DNA of 32,000 nt from Candidatus Iainarchaeum sp. (GTDB taxonomy: Archaea; Iainarchaeota; Iainarchaeia; Iainarchaeales; VGJJ01), in the NCBI GenBank assembly GCA_030688545.1, contig JAUYHT010000002.1, forward strand, positions 180,001-212,000, read 5' to 3'. Positions 7,846 through 15,326 of this stretch are shown here, piece after piece; position 1 is the stretch's first letter, and each line of letters opens with the position of its first letter. A program made the position numbers and the translations under genes. The notes under the pieces were generated by a model, which was not told the DNA's origin, did not search any database, and saw only the letters and a program-made list of their open reading frames with translations.

Positions 7846-9486
7846 ATGCAACCCACCCATTGGGTCATCATCGGAATATTTCTCCTCGCGGGAGCGCTGG
7901 TGGCTATTCTCCCGGGAACAGAAGCTCAGGTCCAAACCACTTCCTCCTATTTCGCCCCTATCCCGCCGGAGGTGGAGGGAAAATTCCTTGTCACCCGCCC
8001 GGGAACGCCAATTTATGATGTCCTATTGGCTATGACCCAACCCACCTACAAGGGAGCGGGATTCTTAGGCTACACCTCTTCCGGAAAACTGTTTGCGGTT
8101 GTGCATAATGGCGAAAAGTTGATTGGCTTGGACGTGTTAACCCCCATTATTCGGCCCACTGCCTATGTTTACGAATATGCTCCCGAATCCAATACGTTCT
8201 GGGAACTCGATTGTTCACTTGGAGGAACACATGGACGAATCATACTCGTCACGGAACAAACGAAGCATGCATTTACAGGCCCAGCCACCATCACCCCCGG
8301 CATGACATTAGACACCCTCATCCAACAGAAATGCACCGATTCGGCTGGCGCCCTGGACCGGGAAGCCGAATATTCTTTCAATGAGGACCTGTATTATATC
8401 GGTGAACAATATTTCAAGGATGCCCTACCCATCGGGAATCGTATTTTCTCAGATCTTATCGCGCAAGGAAAACTTTCCACTACTCATCTCACGTCCGAAT
8501 CCCTGATCGTAACCAATGCGATCATCACGGATGTCATCAAAGATGTCCCCAAAACCCTCAATTGCCCGACCCCGAAGATAATGGCGGGTGGTCAGGGCGG
8601 AATTTGGACCATTACGGCTACTTCCAATGCAGAACATACGCCAGCCAATGCTTTTTGTATTCAAGCCGATGGAAATCCCGCGTATTTGTTGGAAGTGTGG
8701 CGGTATGCCCCTTTTGAAACCAACCAGCCGCAAGTTGATTATTTCAAAGTGGGTATGCGATTGTACACCCGCACCGGAGGCCAATGGAGCAATATTTGGA
8801 GTGATGCTATTTTCACAGAACGTTATTCAATTATCGGGGGAAACCCTGTACTCGCATCCCTAGACCCCAATGTCATTCAAACGGTGCCGGTAAACCAGCC
8901 AGTCCTGGTCCAGCCTGGAAATCGTTTCGTCCGATTCGTAAATCAAGAGAGGGGGGACGTGAATATTTCATATTCCATTAATCCGACGACCGGTATTTCC
9001 ATTACAAAAATAGACGCATCCGAACGATTGTCGCAAACTACGTCCAATACGGTTTTCCGTTTCAAATTCGAATCTCAAAGTGAAGCCCTAATCAGGGAAA
9101 TATTGGACCTTCCGACCTATGATATCTATGGGGACCCGGAAAATAAGATGGCGGTGTACCTCCAAAAAACCAGCACCACCCGCGAATCCGAAAAAGACAA
9201 GATGATTTCTGCGACGGTTGATGGCGTTCCTCATTTCGTGACCAATAAAGACATTACTATAGGAAAATACACGCTCATCATTCAAGTAACCGGAGCGAAA
9301 GAAACCAAGATCACTGAAATAGGGATTGGGGAAAATGATTTATCCCCATTGACAGGGGCCCTAACCAGCGATATCCATATCCTCTCCCTGCTTGAGCCAC
9401 TGACCCCAGACCCTTGTGGGAAGTGTGACAGTCTATTAGCCTGCTTTGCGTGCGTGAATGCCAAAGTGGTGGAAGAATACGAGTGA
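7846..9486 (+). CDS. secreted hypothetical protein with Cys-rich C-terminus
   Basis: The N-terminal hydrophobic segment HWVIIGIFLLAGALVAILPGTEAQ looks like a signal peptide. The C-terminus is CGKCDSLLACFACVNAK. The ATG at 7846 is 23 nt from TATATAAA (7816-7823). The in-frame ATG at 7831 is only 8 nt from it. Confidence 0.65.
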   Translation: MQPTHWVIIGIFLLAGALVAILPGTEAQVQTTSSYFAPIPPEVEGKFLVTRPGTPIYDVLLAMTQPTYKGAGFLGYTSSGKLFAVVHNGEKLIGLDVLTPIIRPTAYVYEYAPESNTFWELDCSLGGTHGRIILVTEQTKHAFTGPATITPGMTLDTLIQQKCTDSAGALDREAEYSFNEDLYYIGEQYFKDALPIGNRIFSDLIAQGKLSTTHLTSESLIVTNAIITDVIKDVPKTLNCPTPKIMAGGQGGIWTITATSNAEHTPANAFCIQADGNPAYLLEVWRYAPFETNQPQVDYFKVGMRLYTRTGGQWSNIWSDAIFTERYSIIGGNPVLASLDPNVIQTVPVNQPVLVQPGNRFVRFVNQERGDVNISYSINPTTGISITKIDASERLSQTTSNTVFRFKFESQSEALIREILDLPTYDIYGDPENKMAVYLQKTSTTRESEKDKMISATVDGVPHFVTNKDITIGKYTLIIQVTGAKETKITEIGIGENDLSPLTGALTSDIHILSLLEPLTPDPCGKCDSLLACFACVNAKVVEEYE

Positions 9487-9517
9487 CCCTAAAATATCCT
9501 GAATAGGCGAGGGCCCT

Positions 9518-9526
9518 AAAAAAAAA
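9518..9526 (-). terminator. oligo-T (T9 on minus) terminator for the surface-protein operon
   Basis: An A9 run on the plus strand lies about 55 nt downstream of the stop at 9580. Confidence 0.5.
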
Positions 9527-9548
9527 TTATTTGGATACCCTAACACGA

Positions 9549-9555
9549 TTTTTTT
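9549..9555 (+). terminator. oligo-T (T7) terminator for the 7846-9486 gene
   Basis: The T7 run lies 63 nt downstream of the stop, in a convergent intergenic region. Confidence 0.45.
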
Positions 9556-9579
9556 CAAATTTTATTTGTGGACGTAAAT

Positions 9580-11274
9580 TTACCGCTTTCTCTTCTTCCG
9601 AACAATCTTTGGCCCTTTTTCTTCCTCTTCTGTGGGCAGTAGGGTTGTGCTGTCGTCGGCTTCCTTTTTTTCTTCAATCTCTTTCATGTCCGGTCCGCCT
9701 TCTTCCAGGGGACGGATGTGGTGCTGCTGGATGGTTTTGTCCACTTTCTCGTCGCGCACCCGGATACCAGAAGAAGGGGATCGGTATAGCTTTGCCCTAA
9801 CAAAATCCCGCACGCGAGAGGAGAAGATGAGCACGAGGAGGATAAGCAGCAATATACCCAAGAATATGGGACCCGGGGTCAAAACGAAAAGTCCTGAAAA
9901 GGGATCCCGCTCTTCCCCTTGGAATTCAATGGGAACCCGGTCCACTTCCACGCCATCGTTAAACACCTGAAGGTCGAACGACCCGGATTCCCCTTCGGGG
10001 CGGATGACGTCAATGGTGACATTCACTCCGGATTGGAAGGGAATAGAGGTCCGGGTTGGAGATATGCGAACGTCCCATCCTTGCGGAATAGAGGTGGGAA
10101 TAATGAACACATTCCCCCAGGGTGAATCCGTGGCATTGGATATGAGTATCGTTTGGGTCACGCGTTCTGTTTCTCCCGGAATGATTTTGGTTGGAATAGT
10201 TTGCACCGTGAAATGCACTTGCGCATCGAAATCCGGGGACACGATGAATAAGGATTCACTTCTCAGGCCTGGGGAATCGGATCCAAAAATAGTGATAGGA
10301 ATGCTCAAACTGGATTTGGGAGGAACCCGGATGGAGGGAGACGAGACTTTAATGCGGGGAGAGGAAGTGGTAATCAGCACATCCAATTCATTCCATTCGG
10401 TGTTCTCAATGGTGATATAGGATGCCACGGTTCCCTGTTCTTCCACTTCATACAGGAGAGTGGGTAAGGCCACCAAGGCATGGGACACTTTATCCACGCG
10501 CACCAAAACAGTGCCCAGGAAAGTCGTATCTTGCGTTACCAGGTTCCGCGCGCGAAGGGAAAGGGAGTAGGTGTCGAAAGGGGTTCGGGTATCCGTGGAA
10601 ACCTCAATCACGGACTGCACCCTTTCCCCGGGTTGCACGAAGCGATGCACTCCCCCCTGAATGCGGGCTTTAAAATGGACAGGTTGCTCGGTGAATTCAA
10701 TACGATAATCCGTGGCCGACCCCTGGTTCACGAATGAAACACTAAACAGCTCGGTATCGTTCCGATTTAACTCGATGTCCTGTTCCGAAAACACGATTTG
10801 GGTGATGAAAGGGGCTAATGTGGAGTCAGGGGTGGTGCGGAATTCAGTAAAACCGGAAGGCATTACCTTAACCGCATACGTTTGGGGAAACGCATACCGT
10901 GCGCCCCCGATAAACGCCTCCACGAATAAGGTAATGGTGTGGTCCCCCGGAGGGGCGTTGGGGGCTGCTTTGATAGTCAGATGCCGGGTGAATGAAAAAG
11001 GACTCGTGATGGGGTGCAACTGACCATCCAATTGGAGAAAGGGGTGGGCTTGCGGGGTGAAAGAAAGAGTTACGGCTTCATCCCCCTGAATAACTATGCT
11101 CACGTCAATGGGTAACGAGGTGCCGGGCTTCAACTGGAAAGCATGGGAAGACGAGGACACATCCACGAATGCAGTGGCCTGGACTTGGGGGGCCATCATG
11201 AGGAGGAGGATTCCCACTCCCACTAATGCCACGCGGAGGGGGTGATATTTTATCCATTTGAAAAAAGATTTCAT
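9580..11274 (-). CDS. type-I membrane surface protein (beta-sandwich repeats, CARDB/NEW3-like by eye) with charged cytoplasmic tail
   Basis: The ATG at 11274 has GGAG 5 nt upstream. The signal-like N-terminus is MKSFFKWIKYHPLRVALVGVGILLLMMAPQVQATA. The C-terminal TM is GPIFLGILLLILLVLIF, followed by a Lys/Glu-rich tail ending KKRKR. It is the third gene of the operon. Confidence 0.7.
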   Translation of the reverse strand: MKSFFKWIKYHPLRVALVGVGILLLMMAPQVQATAFVDVSSSSHAFQLKPGTSLPIDVSIVIQGDEAVTLSFTPQAHPFLQLDGQLHPITSPFSFTRHLTIKAAPNAPPGDHTITLFVEAFIGGARYAFPQTYAVKVMPSGFTEFRTTPDSTLAPFITQIVFSEQDIELNRNDTELFSVSFVNQGSATDYRIEFTEQPVHFKARIQGGVHRFVQPGERVQSVIEVSTDTRTPFDTYSLSLRARNLVTQDTTFLGTVLVRVDKVSHALVALPTLLYEVEEQGTVASYITIENTEWNELDVLITTSSPRIKVSSPSIRVPPKSSLSIPITIFGSDSPGLRSESLFIVSPDFDAQVHFTVQTIPTKIIPGETERVTQTILISNATDSPWGNVFIIPTSIPQGWDVRISPTRTSIPFQSGVNVTIDVIRPEGESGSFDLQVFNDGVEVDRVPIEFQGEERDPFSGLFVLTPGPIFLGILLLILLVLIFSSRVRDFVRAKLYRSPSSGIRVRDEKVDKTIQQHHIRPLEEGGPDMKEIEEKKEADDSTTLLPTEEEEKGPKIVRKKRKR

Positions 11275-11305
11275 TCTTTCTCCAACCCAGAAGGAAGAAA
11301 CTATT

Positions 11306-13144
11306 TTAGTCCGAAATGAGGAATGCATCCGGTTCCCCCCGCCCCTTCCGCACCCACACGGGTTGCGGCCCTTGGGTACGTTTCCCTAGCCAATAGATTC
11401 CCAATAATATCAGGATGAGCCCGCCCAACCAAATCCCCCGCTCTCCTACGAAGGCCACGAGGCCACTCAGGAAGCCCGTAAATCCAGCATCGGTATGGAT
11501 GCGCAATGGCACCCGTTGGGTCCCGGCCTGGGAATGGAGGGCTAACTGACGCTCAACCACTCCGGTAACTGGGGAATCGGCCTCGCGGAACAAGGTTACC
11601 TCCATGGTTTTAGTTTCCAGGGGCTGAATGATGGTGGCGGCACCACGGGGAACCAAGAAGATTCCTTCACGCGCATCCCCGGGAAGGGTGAAGCGCACCT
11701 CGGAAACGGCCGTGGAATTAGGGTTATGGACGGAAATGCTGATGGTGCGGGTTTCCCCCTGTTGAAGGGAAACATCAATGGGATAACTCACGACCTGCAA
11801 GGGTTCCAACGGGGGTCCTCGGGCGGGTTCCACCATGAAGCTCAGGGGGATGGTGGCCGTCACGGATCCTTGGGCCTGAATAAAAGTGGTAACTTGACGC
11901 ACGGGGGTGTCGATTTGGGCTTCTACTCCCACCAAAACGAGGAGGCTATTTCCTTTAGTGAGGATGAACTGTTGCGGGACAAACGTAACAGTGATACCAG
12001 GAATGGCATCGGCGACCATCATGGAGACGGACTGGTCTATATCCCCATCATTAACCACGAGAAGTTGGAGGAAGGCCTGTTCCCCTTTCCGAATATGGGT
12101 AAAGCCTTCTATTTGTTCCATTGTCAATCGCGAGAGGGGCAATACATCCACTTCCAATACCACCGTCTGGGAATACGTGGAAGTCATTCCCGTGATTTCC
12201 ACGCGCTGGCGACCGGGTTCCACGTGTTTACCCGGGGTTAGGGCCAACTGGAGCGTCGCTTTCTGCCTCGGTCCTATTTGGACTTTCACGTTATCTGCGG
12301 CCACCACCGAAATAGGGATGAGCGTGACATCCTGGGGAACATCGGTGAGATTCTCCACCGTAATAGGTACGAAGGTGGTCTCCAATTTTGGAAGCTGTGG
12401 AACTCTAGTTGGAAGGGAAATGGAAATGGTTTTGATGACGGGCGCGGGGCAATCGCTCACGTTCACCATGAAGGGACGCTGGACCCAGATGTCATTCGTT
12501 TGAACGAATAAACGCCCCTCATAATCTCCTTCCTGGGAGGGCGCCACGTTCAATACAATGGATACGAATTCCCTTTCTCCTCCCGTGAGACGGATCTCCG
12601 GAGGGTTCACTTGAGGCATGAGCAAAGGGTGCGAGGCGGAGATATTGGCATCGACGATGCGCCCGGTGCGGTTCTGGATCTCCGCGGAAATCGTTCCCAC
12701 ATAGTCATTGGCGCACACGCTTTTCTCGAACGGATTCACGATCAGGAAAGGATTGCTTCCCACGTAAACGGTAAAAGGGATGCGGGTGATCTGACCTTCC
12801 GCGTCCAGGATTATTTCGGCATCATACGTGCCAGAGCGGGCATCCTCGGTGGCAATAAGCTCAACCCCAAAACGGAATTGCTCGTAGGGAGATACATTCA
12901 CTCGGGTGAAGGCGGGTTTCAACTGGATGAATGGCGAAGACGTGTCCACCCGGATACGCACGTCATGAGAACGAAAATCCACATTGTCGATAACCAAAGG
13001 AACGCTCATACGGTCTCCGGAGAGCAAAGAGAAATTAGAGGGACTCTCGATGAATCCACGGAAAGGAAAGGCGTGGGCGGTTCCCGCTATTAGAATGAAG
13101 GCGAAAAGCCCAAGGATGATCCATCTAAAAAAATTGTTTGTCAT
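11306..13144 (-). CDS. type-I membrane surface protein (beta-sandwich repeats, CARDB/NEW3-like by eye)
   Basis: The signal peptide is MTNNFFRWIILGLFAFILIAGTAHA. The C-terminal TM is IWLGGLILILLGIYWLG. G-x-Y..I/V..V.V strand motifs recur (SGTYDAEIILDAEGQITRIPFTVYV; GDYEGRLFVQT..PFMVNV). The start is 4 nt after the upstream stop. Confidence 0.75.
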   Translation of the reverse strand: MTNNFFRWIILGLFAFILIAGTAHAFPFRGFIESPSNFSLLSGDRMSVPLVIDNVDFRSHDVRIRVDTSSPFIQLKPAFTRVNVSPYEQFRFGVELIATEDARSGTYDAEIILDAEGQITRIPFTVYVGSNPFLIVNPFEKSVCANDYVGTISAEIQNRTGRIVDANISASHPLLMPQVNPPEIRLTGGEREFVSIVLNVAPSQEGDYEGRLFVQTNDIWVQRPFMVNVSDCPAPVIKTISISLPTRVPQLPKLETTFVPITVENLTDVPQDVTLIPISVVAADNVKVQIGPRQKATLQLALTPGKHVEPGRQRVEITGMTSTYSQTVVLEVDVLPLSRLTMEQIEGFTHIRKGEQAFLQLLVVNDGDIDQSVSMMVADAIPGITVTFVPQQFILTKGNSLLVLVGVEAQIDTPVRQVTTFIQAQGSVTATIPLSFMVEPARGPPLEPLQVVSYPIDVSLQQGETRTISISVHNPNSTAVSEVRFTLPGDAREGIFLVPRGAATIIQPLETKTMEVTLFREADSPVTGVVERQLALHSQAGTQRVPLRIHTDAGFTGFLSGLVAFVGERGIWLGGLILILLGIYWLGKRTQGPQPVWVRKGRGEPDAFLISD

Positions 13145-13148
13145 GGGT

Positions 13149-13688
13149 TCACATCCGGTTCCGCAAGCGGAATATCAATGAAATGCCTAATACGATGACG
13201 ATGAGTATGAGGAGGGCATCCACTATTTGCGCCCCGTCACCTAACGAAAGAGCAGCCAAACCGGCAAAGGGGGAAATAGGGGTATCCTCTTTGGACGCCT
13301 GAATGATGATTTCGCGTGAATCGTCCCCGGCTATTACCCGAATACGGCCGAAGTACGTATCGCCTTCCCGCAAGCCCTCATTGGGGAATAAGGAGAACTG
13401 GATGACCTTCAATTCCCTCGGGGCCACGTGGATGGAGGTAGGGTCACCTGCGAAGGCGAGTGAAAAAGGGCCATCGGCGATGAAACTAGGTTGGATGGAT
13501 TCCGTCCCGGTATTGGTTACGGCAATGGGATAAGGAAAAGGCTCATTTCCCGTGAAAACAACCGTCGAGGGGGCATTGACCTCGAATCCCCGCACAAAAG
13601 TAAGGGCGAGAAAGAAGGCTAAGACGATGAGGACCAATTTCAGCTCATTAGGGATGAGGGCTTTTCTCTTGGGCATGGGAGTATTCAC
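13149..13688 (-). CDS. small type-I membrane surface protein (single beta-sandwich-like domain)
   Basis: The signal/anchor is LKLVLIVLAFFLALTFVRG and the C-terminal TM is IVDALLILIVIVLGISLIF. The motif GDTYFGRIRVIAGDDSREIIIQA resembles those in the two downstream genes. The start is either GTG at 13688 or ATG at 13676. Confidence 0.65.
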   Translation of the reverse strand: MNTPMPKRKALIPNELKLVLIVLAFFLALTFVRGFEVNAPSTVVFTGNEPFPYPIAVTNTGTESIQPSFIADGPFSLAFAGDPTSIHVAPRELKVIQFSLFPNEGLREGDTYFGRIRVIAGDDSREIIIQASKEDTPISPFAGLAALSLGDGAQIVDALLILIVIVLGISLIFRLRNRM

Positions 13689-13745
13689 TTATTCATGTGA
13701 ATAACTTAAATAGGTATTCTGTTCCTTATAAATGGGGTAGATTCC

Positions 13746-13753
13746 TTAAAAAA
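13746..13753 (+). promoter_or_regulatory. TATA-like TTAAAAAA for ybaK-like gene
   Basis: It lies 23 nt upstream of the ATG at 13776. Confidence 0.5.
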
Positions 13754-13775
13754 GCCTATTTTTCCCCTTTTGCCT

Positions 13776-14225
13776 ATGCTCGACCTCTTTATTGCCTCCA
13801 ATGACATCCTTGCCCAAATCATTCATTTCGATGAAGACGTCTCGCATTCCCACCAAGCGGCCGGGCTGGAAAAAACCTATCCTATCGTGAAGACGATTGT
13901 CTGTTATACGGGGGGAAAAGACCCTTTGATCTTGGCTATCCTCGAAGCCACCCAAAAGGTTGATTTCCAAAAAATAAAAGCCCTTCTCGGGGTCTCCGAG
14001 GTTCGGCTCGCGACCCCGGAAGAGGTGCTTAACGCGACAGGGTATGAAGTAGGTGGGGTGCCGCCCATCAGCATCTATGGCAGCCCCACTCTAATAGACC
14101 CGGGAGTATTGACGCATCCCTGGGTCGCCTGCGGGGGAGGGGACACCCACTCCCTGCTCAAGATCCAGAGCGCGGACATCCTGAAATGGGCATTCGAACC
14201 CCGCGTCGAACCTATTGCGAAATGA
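13776..14225 (+). CDS. YbaK/ProX-type aminoacyl-tRNA deacylase (trans-editing domain)
   Basis: KTIVCYTGGKDPLILAIL..KVDFQKIKALLGVSEVRLATPEEVLNATGYEVGGVPPI..ACGGG matches the YbaK/prolyl-tRNA editing domain pattern. The ATG at 13776 is 23 nt from TTAAAAAA (13746-13753). Confidence 0.75.
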   Translation: MLDLFIASNDILAQIIHFDEDVSHSHQAAGLEKTYPIVKTIVCYTGGKDPLILAILEATQKVDFQKIKALLGVSEVRLATPEEVLNATGYEVGGVPPISIYGSPTLIDPGVLTHPWVACGGGDTHSLLKIQSADILKWAFEPRVEPIAK

Positions 14226-14365
14226 CTTGTCTTCCGCAGAAAAATGTAGAATATCCCCGTATTTTATTGAACATTTTTATTGTACTTATTTTTCTATTAA
14301 TTTTCACCAACAGATTGAATGAAACGAATTCTTGCCTGCTGGGATGTAGAAAAGCAATCCGTTTC

Positions 14366-14728
14366 TCAACGTCCATAATATCCATAATACTGAAATGACG
14401 GGGTCGTGGTGTGAATGGGAACGGGGGCATATCCTGCCACATAGTGACCCGGATAGGACGCGCCGTACGCATAGGAAGTTCCATACGGGGCATAAGAAGG
14501 ATACATATTGTACGAGGGATACGCATAGATCCGCCCGCCCCCGAGAGTGGGATAGCCCAGATGATTGTACATCGGGTACACCCAGTTACCATAGGCGGCG
14601 GGCCGGGAGTAGGCGCTCACCAGAACCTGGTTGGAATTCCAGGTATCAGTATAATAGAATCCCCAGGCCCACGCCGAGCTGGCTAGGGTGAGGAAGACGA
14701 GGACTACTATGGCGATGCGCAGGTGCAT
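14366..14728 (-). CDS. small secreted Tyr/Gly/Pro/Ala-rich low-complexity protein
   Basis: The signal peptide is MHLRIAIVVLVFLTLASSAWA. The mature part is rich in Tyr (YAYPSYNMYPSYAPYGTSYAYGASYPGHY..YYGYYGR). The ATG at 14728 is 24 nt from the TATA at 14752-14759. Confidence 0.6.
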   Translation of the reverse strand: MHLRIAIVVLVFLTLASSAWAWGFYYTDTWNSNQVLVSAYSRPAAYGNWVYPMYNHLGYPTLGGGRIYAYPSYNMYPSYAPYGTSYAYGASYPGHYVAGYAPVPIHTTTPSFQYYGYYGR

Positions 14729-14751
14729 GAGTATATTCGTACGCACTAGCA

Positions 14752-14759
14752 TTTAATTA
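14752..14759 (-). promoter_or_regulatory. TATA-like (TAATTAAA on minus) for Tyr-rich protein gene
   Basis: It lies 24 nt upstream of the ATG at 14728. Confidence 0.45.
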
Positions 14760-14797
14760 TGTAGGAAAAAGATCCATGAAAAACCGTCGATGCGAGT

Positions 14798-14803
14798 AAA
14801 AAA
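14798..14803 (-). terminator. oligo-T (T6 on minus) downstream of histone-fold gene and its two 3' hairpins
   Basis: An A6 run on the plus strand lies about 100 nt downstream of the stop at 14902. Confidence 0.4.
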
Positions 14804-14846
14804 GGATAATTCTGAATGATGGACTGACCAGGAGGGCCCGGCCGCC

Positions 14847-14900
14847 GGGGGATTCGAAGAATCCCCCTCGTCCATCGGGGCGCACGATCGAAATCGTGCG
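14847..14900 (-). other. two perfect stem-loops in the 3' region of the DUF1931-like gene
   Basis: The first is GGGGGATTC-GAA-GAATCCCCC (14847-14867, 9 bp). The second is CGCACGAT-CGAA-ATCGTGCG (14881-14900, 8 bp; loop UUCG on the mRNA strand), starting 2 nt after the stop codon. Confidence 0.6.
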
Positions 14901-14901
14901 A

Positions 14902-15078
14902 CTAAAAGTCGAATGGCTTCACCGTCTTCCGCCCGCCCTGCGAGCAGCGTCCAATGGCGCGCTTCAACATCTCCTGAACTTGTTCATTCAACGCATCATA
15001 GGCGTCGGATGACATCATCATATCCTTTCCGCGAATAAAATCCGCGACTTTGCTCTTCACAATATAGGTTTCGGCCAT
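14902..15078 (-). CDS. small histone-fold-like protein (DUF1931-like)
   Basis: MAETYIVKSKVADFIRGKDMMMSSDAYDALNEQVQEMLKRAIGRCSQGGRKTVKPFDF follows the helix-loop-long helix-..GRKTV pattern of histone-fold and DUF1931 proteins. GGGAGGA lies about 10 nt upstream of the ATG at 15078. Confidence 0.55.
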   Translation of the reverse strand: MAETYIVKSKVADFIRGKDMMMSSDAYDALNEQVQEMLKRAIGRCSQGGRKTVKPFDF

Positions 15079-15326
15079 ATCAACCAATCCTCCCAATATA
15101 TCGGCCTTGAGGCCGATTTAGGAAAGTCCTCCCCTTCAAACTATATAAAAGCACCCGCCCAGATTCTCAAAAAAGGCCGTTATTCGGCGAATTAAAGGGG
15201 TTTATTGGGATTGTCGAACTGGTATCGCCTATCTCAAAACTCAAAAAAAATGCGAGATCACCGTCGGCACGCCCATCACTCATCATGGTTCAGGAATGGG
15301 TTTCTCGTCATCCGGTGTGGATGATT

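Noticed and set aside
9632-13093. Multiple plus-strand ORFs (for example 10004-10420, 11726-12241, 11907-12503, 12611-13093) opposite the surface-protein operon
   Set aside because: All are embedded antisense in long minus-strand ORFs that have signal peptides, TM anchors and operon-like spacing. None has a start signal.
14812-14827. C/D-box-like string CTGA-ATGATGG-A-CTGA
   Set aside because: The box-like elements are adjacent, with no room for guide sequences. The C-like box is imperfect, and no matching terminal C/D pair lies at sRNA spacing on either strand.
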